NCBI GenBank assembly: GCA_040754495.1
Contig: JBFMCO010000002.1
Span: 1-14,775, forward strand
Length of the DNA stretch: 14,775 bases
Source of the DNA: Candidatus Micrarchaeota archaeon
GTDB lineage: Archaea; Micrarchaeota; Micrarchaeia; Anstonellales; Bilamarchaeaceae
Direction: 5' to 3'
The notes beneath the pieces are model-generated. The model saw nothing but the letters and a program-made list of their open reading frames with translations, searched no databases and was not told the origin of the DNA. The position numbers and the translations under genes were made by a program. Below are positions 1 to 7,449 of the stretch, in pieces; the stretch's first letter is position 1, and each line of letters starts with the position of its first letter.

Positions 1-61
1 CTTGCAGCTCCCGTACTACTGCCAGCTTGAATTCTCTCGTGAACCTGCGCTTCAATTTCAT
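1..61 (-). CDS. IS3-family transposase OrfA, N-terminal fragment (truncated by window edge)
   Basis: ATG at 61-59 after a purine-rich RBS (AAAGGGGTG). Reads MKLKRRFTREFKLAVVRELQ, matching the RRxFTxEFKxxAV start of IS3 OrfA helix-turn-helix proteins. Confidence 0.8.
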   Translation of the reverse strand, partial: MKLKRRFTREFKLAVVRELQ

Positions 62-127
62 TTTTGCACCCCTTTTCAATAGTGGGATGAGTCTTTTCTA
101 ATTGTCCACTTTTAGGGGTGCAGTCCA
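1..127 (-). mobile_element. IS3-family insertion sequence, left end (IRL plus start of orfA), running off the window edge
   Basis: 2-127 is the exact reverse complement of 14650-14775. On the minus strand it starts TGGACTGCACCCCTAAAAGTGGACAA, a TG-terminated end resembling IS3/IS150-group IRs, and is followed by a transposase orfA start. Confidence 0.85.
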
Positions 128-128
128 G

Positions 129-272
129 GGGGTGCGCTTTGTCGCTGACAAGGGCGCGGACACAATCAGCCTGGCATTCCGGGACGGTGAGACCGGGAGA
201 TTCTACCTGGAGCGCCGCCGTCCCTTCCTCCTTGGCGGGCTGGAGCAGGCCGAGCCGCCCCCCGAGCCTTAG
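129..272 (+). pseudogene. Probable 3' remnant of a host gene interrupted by the IS3 copy
   Basis: Open frame from the IS junction to TAG 270-272 (GVRFVADKGADTISLAFRDGETGRFYLERRRPFLLGGLEQAEPPPEP*) with host-like GC-rich codons and no start codon. It converges on the next gene with a 2-bp gap. Confidence 0.35.
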
Positions 273-274
273 GC

Positions 275-589
275 TCAGCCCCTTCTAATCCCCACGTATC
301 CTATGCCCGCGAACAGGAGCACGAATCCGGCAGAGGAGCCCGGGCACTGCGACTCGATTTCACCGCACGCCCTCGCCGCGCTCCTCACGCACGAATCAGC
401 GGCCGCATAGCAGATGGACACGCTGCCTTCCTGGCAGTCCGCCCGGCCGTTCCCGCTCGAATACTGCGCGGTGCAGGCCTTCGGGTAGGCGCTCTGGGCG
501 CATCCTGCCACGAAAGAAAGCTGGGGACGGAGGGCAAGCCCTGCCAAGAGTGAAAAAATCTTGGCATACGACGGGGTTGGCTTATCCAT
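275..589 (-). CDS. Small Cys-rich predicted surface/membrane-anchored protein (104 aa)
   Basis: Likely start MDKPTP at 589, within the 275..781 track ORF whose upstream part overlaps the speD-like gene. Hydrophobic N-terminus ends in lipobox-like FVAGC; 7 Cys; C-terminal CPGSS-hydrophobic-RRG tail. Confidence 0.55.
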   Translation of the reverse strand: MDKPTPSYAKIFSLLAGLALRPQLSFVAGCAQSAYPKACTAQYSSGNGRADCQEGSVSICYAAADSCVRSAARACGEIESQCPGSSAGFVLLFAGIGYVGIRRG

Positions 590-615
590 ATAAATGATAA
601 AAAGAAGAGCAAAAA

Positions 616-1050
616 TCAGTTCCTGGCCCTTGCCACCATTATCTCCTTGGCATTGGAGCCGATTATCCGCACCTGCGGCTTCTGGTGGGTTGCCCTCGTA
701 TAGAGCACGCCGTGCCATTCGCGCAGGCCGAACTTCTCGTCCAGGAGCCTGACGACCTCGTTCTCGTCGAAGCACTTGCACGAGTAGAGGTCGAAGTATA
801 TCTCGTTCGTCCCGTCCTTGTGCGTGAAGAGGTGGAGCGAGCAGTGGCTTGTGGTTATCATCTGCACGAAGCTCTGGCCCGGAAAGTCCAGGTCCTCTGC
901 ATCGGCCCAGTTAAGGGGCCCCAGGGGCTTCATGTTGATGCTTCGCAGCAGCTTATTCACGAAACGCTGGGCCTCCTCCTTCGGCAGTGCCTTAAAATTA
1001 GGATCGACCTTAGCGTTCACCGTTATATGTATGTGTTCCAGTTTCGCCAT
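616..1050 (-). CDS. speD: Pyruvoyl-dependent S-adenosylmethionine decarboxylase (SpeD/SpeH)-like proenzyme
   Basis: Motifs GQSFVQMITT-SHCSLH and YFDLYSCK correspond to the GxSxxxxxxE-SHxSxH and D(V/L)(F/Y)(T/S)C motifs of small prokaryotic AdoMetDC. Substrate is uncertain. Confidence 0.75.
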   Translation of the reverse strand: MAKLEHIHITVNAKVDPNFKALPKEEAQRFVNKLLRSINMKPLGPLNWADAEDLDFPGQSFVQMITTSHCSLHLFTHKDGTNEIYFDLYSCKCFDENEVVRLLDEKFGLREWHGVLYTRATHQKPQVRIIGSNAKEIMVARARN

Positions 1051-1260
1051 CTTGGATCGGTTTTCTCCGTTCCATTTTTTTATTGCTATTTCTATTGATA
1101 TTAATTTTAAAAATCTATTCCCGGTTTTCCGGTTTTTCTCCTCCTTTTGCGGCCCGGCATTCCGCCAGGGCCATTTTTGGATAAAATCTATGTGGTGATA
1201 GTTTTAAAAGCGTATTCCCTGTTTCTCCACCTTTTCCAACTTAGAACGGGCGCCCGGGTT

Positions 1261-1276
1261 GCGCAAACTTTAAATT
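1261..1276 (+). promoter_or_regulatory. Putative archaeal BRE/TATA promoter of the rpe-tkt operon
   Basis: GCGCAAAC followed by TTTAAATT (TTTAAA at 1269-1274) in the AT-richer divergent intergenic region. Confidence 0.4.
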
Positions 1277-1382
1277 ACCTAAGAATCGTATCCTAATAAC
1301 GGGCGCGCGGGAAGGCTCGTTTTTGCAATTGGTGTTCCGGGAGCCGGAGCCGGAAACCTGGTGCGGCAGACGGGGGACGCTT

Positions 1383-2033
1383 ATGGAAGCAGTAGTCATA
1401 CCAGCCATATTGGTAAAGACGAGGCAGGAATTGCTGGACCGCATCTCCCGCGTCAATGGGCTGGTCCGCGAAATCCAGCTCGACATCATGGACGGCGTCT
1501 TCGTCCCGAACAAGACTATCGGGCTTGAGGACCTCAAGGACCTGCCTCCGGCAAGGTACGAGTTCCACTGGATGGTCATGGAGCCGGAGAAGTGGATAGA
1601 GAAGGTCCCTGGCCCGCACATGCACCTGGTCCACGTAGAGACTATCCGCGATTTCGCGGCCGTGGAAGGGGCGGTCAGGAAGGCCGGCGGCTCTCTCGGC
1701 CTTGCCATCAACCCCGAGACGCCGCTCGAGAAGCTCCTCCCTTATGTCAAGAGCGCGAGGCGCGTGCTCGTCATGACCGTGCGCCCGGGCTACTCCGGCC
1801 AGAAATATATCTACGAGATGGAGCACAAGGTCAGGAAGCTGCGCGGCATGTTTCCCGACCTGGATATCGAGGTGGACGGCGGGGTGAACAACGAGACCGT
1901 CCCGCACGCGTATTCCAGCGGCGCGAACCTGCTCGCGGCGGCGAGTGCCATATTCTCCAGCGAAGACGTGAAAGGGGCCATAGAGCATCTGAAGAAGCGC
2001 GCTATGGCGGGGTGTTCCCATGGAGCGCACTGA
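1383..2033 (+). CDS. rpe: Ribulose-phosphate 3-epimerase
   Basis: Start MEAVVIPAIL at ATG 1383. Motifs DIMDGVFVPN, HWMV, MTVRPGYSGQ, IEVDGGVN, SAIF; sits next to transketolase. Confidence 0.9.
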   Translation: MEAVVIPAILVKTRQELLDRISRVNGLVREIQLDIMDGVFVPNKTIGLEDLKDLPPARYEFHWMVMEPEKWIEKVPGPHMHLVHVETIRDFAAVEGAVRKAGGSLGLAINPETPLEKLLPYVKSARRVLVMTVRPGYSGQKYIYEMEHKVRKLRGMFPDLDIEVDGGVNNETVPHAYSSGANLLAAASAIFSSEDVKGAIEHLKKRAMAGCSHGAH

Positions 2034-2862
2034 CGACACCAAATCGCTTCTCCTCAGGGCGTATTCCATCCGGGAGGACATAGTCCGCATGCTCGCTGAA
2101 GCAAAAAGCGGGCACCCTGGCGGCTCGCTCGGCATGAGCGACATATTCACGGCCCTCTATTTCAGCGTCATGAGGCACGAGCCCAGGAACCCTGCCTGGC
2201 CGGAGCGCGACCGGCTCGTGCTCTCGAACGGCCACATCTGCCCGGTCCTCTATGCTTGCCTTGCAGAAGCCGGCTATTTCCCGAAATCAGAGCTTGCCGG
2301 CCTGCGCAAGGCAGGCTCCAAGCTCCAGGGCCATCCGCACCGGGGCGCCGTGCCCGGCATAGAGAATTCCTCAGGGCCTCTCGGCCAGGGAATATCCCAG
2401 GCAGTCGGGATGGCCATCGTGGGCAAGAGGGAAAAACAGCCATGGCGCGTTTTCGCGCTCATGGGCGACGGCGAGCTGAACGAGGGCCAGGCGTGGGAAG
2501 CGTTCATGCTAGCATCGAAATACAAGCTGGACAACCTGGTAGGCATAATCGACAGGAACAAAATCCAGATAGACGGGACCACCGAGGACGTCCTGCCGCT
2601 CGAGCCGCTTGCCGACAAATGCAGGGCCTTCGGCTGGGACGTGGCTGTGATAGACGGCAACGACATGGGCGCGGTGCTTGCCGCGCTGCGGGCGGAGCCG
2701 GCAAAGGGCAGGCCCAGGATGATAATCGCGAATACGCTCCCGGGCAAGGGCGTGTCCTTCATGGAAGGCAAATACGAGTGGCACGGGAAGGCCCCGAACA
2801 AGGAGCAGGCCGAAGCCGCGCTGAAGGAGCTGGAAGAAGCCAGGCGGAGGTTGTCTTCATGA
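2020..2862 (+). CDS. tktA: Transketolase, N-terminal (TPP-binding) subunit
   Basis: SGHPGGSLG, RDRLVLSNGH, LQGHP, SSGPLGQG and the TPP motif GDGELNEG...DRN; overlaps the rpe stop. Confidence 0.93.
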   Translation: MERTDDTKSLLLRAYSIREDIVRMLAEAKSGHPGGSLGMSDIFTALYFSVMRHEPRNPAWPERDRLVLSNGHICPVLYACLAEAGYFPKSELAGLRKAGSKLQGHPHRGAVPGIENSSGPLGQGISQAVGMAIVGKREKQPWRVFALMGDGELNEGQAWEAFMLASKYKLDNLVGIIDRNKIQIDGTTEDVLPLEPLADKCRAFGWDVAVIDGNDMGAVLAALRAEPAKGRPRMIIANTLPGKGVSFMEGKYEWHGKAPNKEQAEAALKELEEARRRLSS

Positions 2863-3839
2863 GCGCCGAAACGTATCTTGTGCCAGACCTTTTCTCGCCG
2901 GCAATCCAGAAGAAGGCGACGCGCGACGGCTTCGGCAAGGCCCTTGTGGAGCTTGGAGAGAAGAACCCGGACGTCTGGGCGCTCTCGGCCGACGTCTCGG
3001 AATCCAGCCGGACCCACTGGTTCGCCGAGAAATTCCCGGAGCGCTTCGTCCAGACCGGCGTGGCGGAGCAGAACATGGCCGGCGTGGCGGCCGGCATAGC
3101 CTCCTGCGGCAAGAAGGTCTTCATATCCGCTTTCGCGGCGTTCTCGCCCGGCCGCAACTTCGACCAGATACGCGTTTCGGTCTGCTACAGCAATCTCGAT
3201 GTCAAGATACATGCGTCCCATGCCGGAATAAGCGTTGGCCCTGACGGCGCCTCGCACCAGATGCTGGAAGACGTCGCGATGATGCGGGCGCTCCCGAACA
3301 TGGCGGTCTTCGTCCCATCCGACATGGAGCAGGCGAAGAAGGCGACAATGGCCGCGGCATCTCTCAAGACGCCGGCATACGTACGCACCTCCCGCGAGAA
3401 CTCCCCGGTTTTCACGACCGGGGGCACGCCGTTCGAAATCGGGAAGGCCAACGTCTGCCGCGACGGCTCTGACCTGGCGATATTCGCCTGCGGCCTGCAG
3501 GTCTATGAGTCGCTGAAGGCAGCGGAAGAGCTGAAGAAGGAAGGCATAGACGCCGCAGTGATAGACGTGCACACCATAAGGCCCATAGACGAGGCAGCGA
3601 TAGCGTCATTCGCGAAAAAATGCGGCGTCCTGCTCAGCGTGGAGGACCACTCGGTGAACGGCGGGCTCGGAAGTGCCATCGCGGAGGTCCTGTGCGAGAA
3701 GCACCCCGCCCCGCTGCTGCGCGCAGGCATGCGCAGCTTCGGCGAGTCAGGGAACGCCTACGACCTTTTCAGAAAATACGGGCTGGATGCCGCGGGGATA
3801 GAGAAGCACGCGAAGGAAGCGCTGAAGCTCAAAAAATAG
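2859..3839 (+). CDS. tktB: Transketolase, C-terminal (pyrimidine-binding and C-terminal domain) subunit
   Basis: True start MSAETY at 2859 (ATGA overlap with the N-subunit stop). Motifs GVAEQNM, GPDGASHQ, RALPNM, VEDHSVNGGLGS. Confidence 0.92.
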   Translation: MSAETYLVPDLFSPAIQKKATRDGFGKALVELGEKNPDVWALSADVSESSRTHWFAEKFPERFVQTGVAEQNMAGVAAGIASCGKKVFISAFAAFSPGRNFDQIRVSVCYSNLDVKIHASHAGISVGPDGASHQMLEDVAMMRALPNMAVFVPSDMEQAKKATMAAASLKTPAYVRTSRENSPVFTTGGTPFEIGKANVCRDGSDLAIFACGLQVYESLKAAEELKKEGIDAAVIDVHTIRPIDEAAIASFAKKCGVLLSVEDHSVNGGLGSAIAEVLCEKHPAPLLRAGMRSFGESGNAYDLFRKYGLDAAGIEKHAKEALKLKK

Positions 3840-4124
3840 CTATTTCCCGGTCGGAAGCGCCGCGTGGGTTCCTTCGCCCTGCAAATCTTCCCTCAGCTCA
3901 GGGAACTCCCCGAGGTATTTCGCGACCTTGCTGTCCTTGGCTGCCGCCCTTGCAAGGTCTTTCCTGAATTGTGCCGCCTCCTCGTCGGTGGCCGCCCTGA
4001 GGGCCCCGTCCGAGGACGAGATGTGCTCGAGGAGCCCTTTCCTGGAATGGAACATCCTGAATCCGTCGTAGGTCTTCCCGATGCCTGTGCTCGTTACGTC
4101 CGGCTCGGAATCGCGGTATCCCAT
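3840..4124 (-). CDS. Hypothetical protein (94 aa; alternative start at 4157)
   Basis: Fills the gap between tkt and tal on the opposite strand. GAGG RBS before ATG 4124; charged helical composition; no recognised family. Confidence 0.55.
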   Translation of the reverse strand: MGYRDSEPDVTSTGIGKTYDGFRMFHSRKGLLEHISSSDGALRAATDEEAAQFRKDLARAAAKDSKVAKYLGEFPELREDLQGEGTHAALPTGK

Positions 4125-4251
4125 CCGGTCTTCCTCTCTCTTCCTGCCCCTTCTCATAATTTTCGATTATCTAAAACAATATTTATTCTTTTCTCCCCCC
4201 GCATCGCAAGCTTACTAAACTCTTCCAATCGATTATCCATCAGGTGCTTTT

Positions 4252-4893
4252 ATGAAATTCTTCCTTGACACAGCGAACGTGGAGGAGATAAGGAAGGCCG
4301 TCGAGCTCGGTTTTTGCGATGGAGTTACGACCAATCCCACGTTAATCATGAAGGCCGGGAAAGGCCACAAGGAAGTCGTCCAGGAAATCGCCAAGGTCGT
4401 AAAAGGGCCGATCTCCGTGGAGGGGGCAGGCGAGACCTACGAGGAGCTCCTGAAGGAAGCCCAGGAGTTCTCGAAGTGGGCGCCGAACGTGGTCTTCAAG
4501 GTGCCCATGACCAAGGACGGCCTGCGGGCGGTCCGGGAGCTCTCGGCCCGCGGCATCAAGACCAACGTCACGCTCGTGTTCTCGCTGTCGCAGGCGCTTC
4601 TCGTCGCGAAGGCCGGAGCCACCTACATCTCCCCTTTCATAGGCCGGCTGGACGACATCTCGGAGGACGGGATGGGCCTCATCCGGGGCATCGTGAAGAT
4701 GTACAAGAACTACGGCTTCAAGACCGAGGTGCTGGCGGCTTCAATCCGGCACCCCATCCACGTGTGCGAGTGCGCGCTTGCAGGCGCGGATGTCGCCACC
4801 ATGCCCGCCGAGGTCCTTGAGAAGATGTGGAAGCATCCGCTGACGGACGCGGGGTTCGCAACCTTCAGGGAGCACCACAAGAAATATAAGTAG
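4252..4893 (+). CDS. tal: Transaldolase (short TalC/Fsa-type family)
   Basis: [17 protein letters not shown], Schiff-base Lys in [18 protein letters not shown]. Glu in SVE and Phe in SPF are the transaldolase-type rather than FSA-type (Gln/Tyr) residues. AGGTG RBS. Confidence 0.92.
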   Translation: MKFFLDTANVEEIRKAVELGFCDGVTTNPTLIMKAGKGHKEVVQEIAKVVKGPISVEGAGETYEELLKEAQEFSKWAPNVVFKVPMTKDGLRAVRELSARGIKTNVTLVFSLSQALLVAKAGATYISPFIGRLDDISEDGMGLIRGIVKMYKNYGFKTEVLAASIRHPIHVCECALAGADVATMPAEVLEKMWKHPLTDAGFATFREHHKKYK

Positions 4894-4922
4894 TTTATGG
4901 GATAAGAATGACGTGAATTCTC

Positions 4923-5321
4923 ATGAGAGAGTCAATACCGCTCACCTGGAGAAGGATTCCTGAAAGGTACCGCATGGTCGGCGTCAGGTGCCAGACCTGC
5001 AGCACGGCCTACTTCCCGAAGCGCTCGGTCTGCCCCAAATGCAGGCGCAAGGGCAAGCTCGCCGAAGTCCAGTTCGCAGGCAAGGGCAAAATATTCTCAT
5101 ACACCGAGGTCTCGGCCCCGCCGGACGGCTTCGAGGACCAGGTCCCCTACATCCTGGCCGTCATAGAGCTTGACGAGGGGGCGCGGCTCACCGGCCAGGT
5201 GGTGGATGCCAGGAAGGAAGACGTCAAGATAGGCTCAAGGGTGGAGCGCGTCTTCCGCGTCATCCAGCGCGACGACCCGGAGGGTCTCGTGCACTACGGG
5301 TTCAAGTTCAGGCTTGCCTGA
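4923..5321 (+). CDS. DUF35 family Zn-ribbon/OB-fold protein (thiolase/HMG-CoA synthase scaffold type)
   Basis: WRRIPERYR, CQTC...FPKRSVCPKC, GKGKIFSYT, PYILAVIELDEG, YGFKF. Confidence 0.88.
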   Translation: MRESIPLTWRRIPERYRMVGVRCQTCSTAYFPKRSVCPKCRRKGKLAEVQFAGKGKIFSYTEVSAPPDGFEDQVPYILAVIELDEGARLTGQVVDARKEDVKIGSRVERVFRVIQRDDPEGLVHYGFKFRLA

Positions 5322-5350
5322 ACGCGCCGATTGCACCGGAGGAAAATGGC

Positions 5351-6097
5351 ATGTCCGAGATAGCAGCACTGTTCGGGTTCCTTCTGCCGGCAGCTGCATT
5401 CGCAGGCGGGGCATACCTGATTTTCAGGGCCGCAGGAAGGCTCTCGCCGTCCGGCACGCTTTCAGGAGAAGTATCTTGTCCGAAGCCAGTCCAGGCGTTC
5501 GTGTCGGGGAAGGCGGCGGCTTACTCGAGGCTCGTCGTGGACTTCTACCAGGGCGGGCATGCGCCGTGGAAGAACGTGCTCGTGCTGGAGAAGCGCGCGC
5601 CTTTCACGGTTTCAGGGAAGGAGGTCGGGCCGGACCATGCTGATTTCAGGCTTTCCTCGCCGAAGGTCTACGTCGGCTATCCTGCGGTCGAGGGCGGGAT
5701 GATTGACGAGCTGCGGCATAACCTGAAGCAGCTGCAGTCCATGGCCGATTTCAGCGGCGAGGTGGGGCCGAACGAATCCATCCCGTCCGAAGTCCTCGCC
5801 CCGCTGATGGCGAACCCCGGCATCAAGGCGAAGCTCGCCCCGCACATGCGCAAGCCGCTCCGCATAAGCGAGTATTCGCTTGCGGAAGGCGCCAGGGTAA
5901 GCGTGCTATCCGACCCGGCAATCAGGCAGGGCGGCAAGACGCTAAAAGGCACCGTGGAGTTCCCACTCATCATCACCGACGACGATTCTGCCGCTTCCTC
6001 GGCCATGCGGGAAAAGGCGCTTCTCAGCGCCGGAATCGGGGTATTCCTTGTCCTGTTCTCCATCCTGCTGCTCTTCTTCGTCCTATCAGCGATGTGA
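5351..6097 (+). CDS. Two-TM membrane protein with a divergent GIDE/BAM-like domain
   Basis: N- and C-terminal TM helices. Shares YSRL, W, ExxAPF, VxPxxADFxL, ExxLxxG and LIITD motifs with the downstream paralogue. Confidence 0.6.
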   Translation: MSEIAALFGFLLPAAAFAGGAYLIFRAAGRLSPSGTLSGEVSCPKPVQAFVSGKAAAYSRLVVDFYQGGHAPWKNVLVLEKRAPFTVSGKEVGPDHADFRLSSPKVYVGYPAVEGGMIDELRHNLKQLQSMADFSGEVGPNESIPSEVLAPLMANPGIKAKLAPHMRKPLRISEYSLAEGARVSVLSDPAIRQGGKTLKGTVEFPLIITDDDSAASSAMREKALLSAGIGVFLVLFSILLLFFVLSAM

Positions 6098-6147
6098 TTT
6101 TATTTGCTTCATAGCAATTAAACTGCATATCAGCAGCTTTGTCGCTC

Positions 6148-7038
6148 ATGGCGCCGGTGGCGCTGTCCATGGTCGGCCTCATCCTGCTCCTCCTGGGATA
6201 TCGGGATTACTCCGTTTTCAGCAAAATACGGGATATCCCTCCCTCTAAAGCGCGCTCCACGGCTGCCGGCCTCGTAGAGTTGCATGGCACGGCTGCGCAG
6301 AGCGGCCCCCTCGAGAGCCACATCTCCCACTCCCCGTGCGTCTATTCCAGGCTCACCCTGGAGAAGTTCAGCAGGTTCAAGAAGAAGTGGGTGGGGATAA
6401 CGATATTCGAGAGGAGTGCGCCGTTCCTCATTTCCGACGAAAGCGGGAGCGTCCTTGTCGACCCCAGAGGGGCAGATTTCGACCTTTCTTTCCACACCCA
6501 GACATACGGTGCATTCATGCTCAGCAGCGGGAAAGCCGCGAAGACGCGGGCCGAAGCAATGAAAGAACTCGAGAAGCAAAAGGGCGAATTCAGCCTTGGC
6601 CCGGTTCAGGACGTAGTGTTGAGCGGCTCCCGCGCCGGCATGGAGAACGAGGAGTCCGCCGCGGCAATAATCCTCTCCCTGCCGCCCCGGGAAGAGGACG
6701 AACGGTTTGGGGGGTTCGCTTCGGCCAAGGCGCTGAACGATTACATCCTCTCCGACCAGAAAGCCGCGGCAGGGTTTCGGACGCTGGGAGCCGGGGAGGT
6801 GCGCCTTATCGAGCAGACAATCCCCGCTGGCTCAAAGCTCTATGTACTTGGGACCGCAGTGCCGCCCCAAAATCCCCAGGAGCAGCTTTCGCTAAAGAAG
6901 GCAGGTTGCATCCTCACGATTTCGGACTCATCAGAGCGCGAACTGGCGTCCAGGAAAATAACCCGGGCCATTGCATACCTCGCCATCGGCGCTCTAGCCC
7001 TTTCGTTCTCTGTTTTCCTGGCCCTTATCCTGATGTAG
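6148..7038 (+). CDS. Two-TM GIDE/BAM-domain membrane protein (MUL1/MAPL intermembrane-like domain, no RING)
   Basis: IRDIPPSK, GLVELHG, PLESxxSxxPCVY, APFLISDESGSVLVDP, ExxIxxGxxLYVLG, ISDSSERE; TM helix at each end. ATG 6148 preferred over TTG 6139. Confidence 0.75.
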   Translation: MAPVALSMVGLILLLLGYRDYSVFSKIRDIPPSKARSTAAGLVELHGTAAQSGPLESHISHSPCVYSRLTLEKFSRFKKKWVGITIFERSAPFLISDESGSVLVDPRGADFDLSFHTQTYGAFMLSSGKAAKTRAEAMKELEKQKGEFSLGPVQDVVLSGSRAGMENEESAAAIILSLPPREEDERFGGFASAKALNDYILSDQKAAAGFRTLGAGEVRLIEQTIPAGSKLYVLGTAVPPQNPQEQLSLKKAGCILTISDSSERELASRKITRAIAYLAIGALALSFSVFLALILM

Positions 7039-7449
7039 CTTCCTCAGCCATTCGGCATTCCTTGCAAGCTTCTGCCCCCTCGCATCATCCAGGCTGAGCC
7101 ACCGGAATCCGCTGAACTCGCCGGAAGGCCTCGCGGTCCTGTTCCTGGCCGTTACCTTGAAAACCAGGCAGGGAACAAGGTGGCGCCTTTTCCGCGAGCC
7201 CGTGTTGTGCCTGCCTTCCATCACGATTTCGTGTATCTCGCCGTCTATCCCGGTCATTCTGGGGAAGGCCTCCTTTATGTCCGCGAACGGGCTGCGCCCT
7301 GATGGCACCAGCACGCACGGCATCTCAAGCCTCTCGGCTCCGTGCTCGTCTTTCCGCAGGAGGAATAGCACGCGGCCCCCATCCTCGAGCATGCCGCAGG
7401 CGAGCGCCTTGGGGATAGGGGTCGCTGTAGGGACCCTCCTCCGCCCCAT
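6994..7449 (-). CDS. Nudix-fold-like protein with degenerate Nudix box (paralogue 2)
   Basis: Nudix-like layout (GxxEDGGRVLFLLR...MPC...TGI...FRWLSLDD), but the GX5EX7REUXEEXGU box is replaced by CVLVPSGRSPFADIKEAFPRMTGI. ATG directly follows the upstream stop. Confidence 0.7.
   Translation of the reverse strand: MGRRRVPTATPIPKALACGMLEDGGRVLFLLRKDEHGAERLEMPCVLVPSGRSPFADIKEAFPRMTGIDGEIHEIVMEGRHNTGSRKRRHLVPCLVFKVTARNRTARPSGEFSGFRWLSLDDARGQKLARNAEWLRKLHQDKGQENRERKG

Noticed and set aside
1-127. Terminal inverted repeats of a linear plasmid, virus or giant transposon
   Set aside because: The repeat contains an IS3-type IR facing outward and a transposase ORF running off each edge, and the interior is housekeeping DNA. 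Contig breakage at IS copies explains it.
1056-1140. CCGGTTTT-type short repeats upstream of speD, loosely similar to CCGGAAACC at 1350-1358 and to the trpS insert arm
   Set aside because: Matches are only 8-9 bp, irregularly spaced and plausible by chance; not a CRISPR array or a convincing operator.
1280-1382. TPP riboswitch upstream of the transketolase operon
   Set aside because: The conserved CTGAGA and downstream core motifs are absent.
2256-2858. N-terminal 200-aa extension of transketolase C subunit, or a programmed frameshift fusing the two halves
   Set aside because: It is an Arg/Gly-rich off-frame reading of the N subunit. The ATGA overlap at 2859-2862 is ordinary coupling, and split transketolase is common in archaea.
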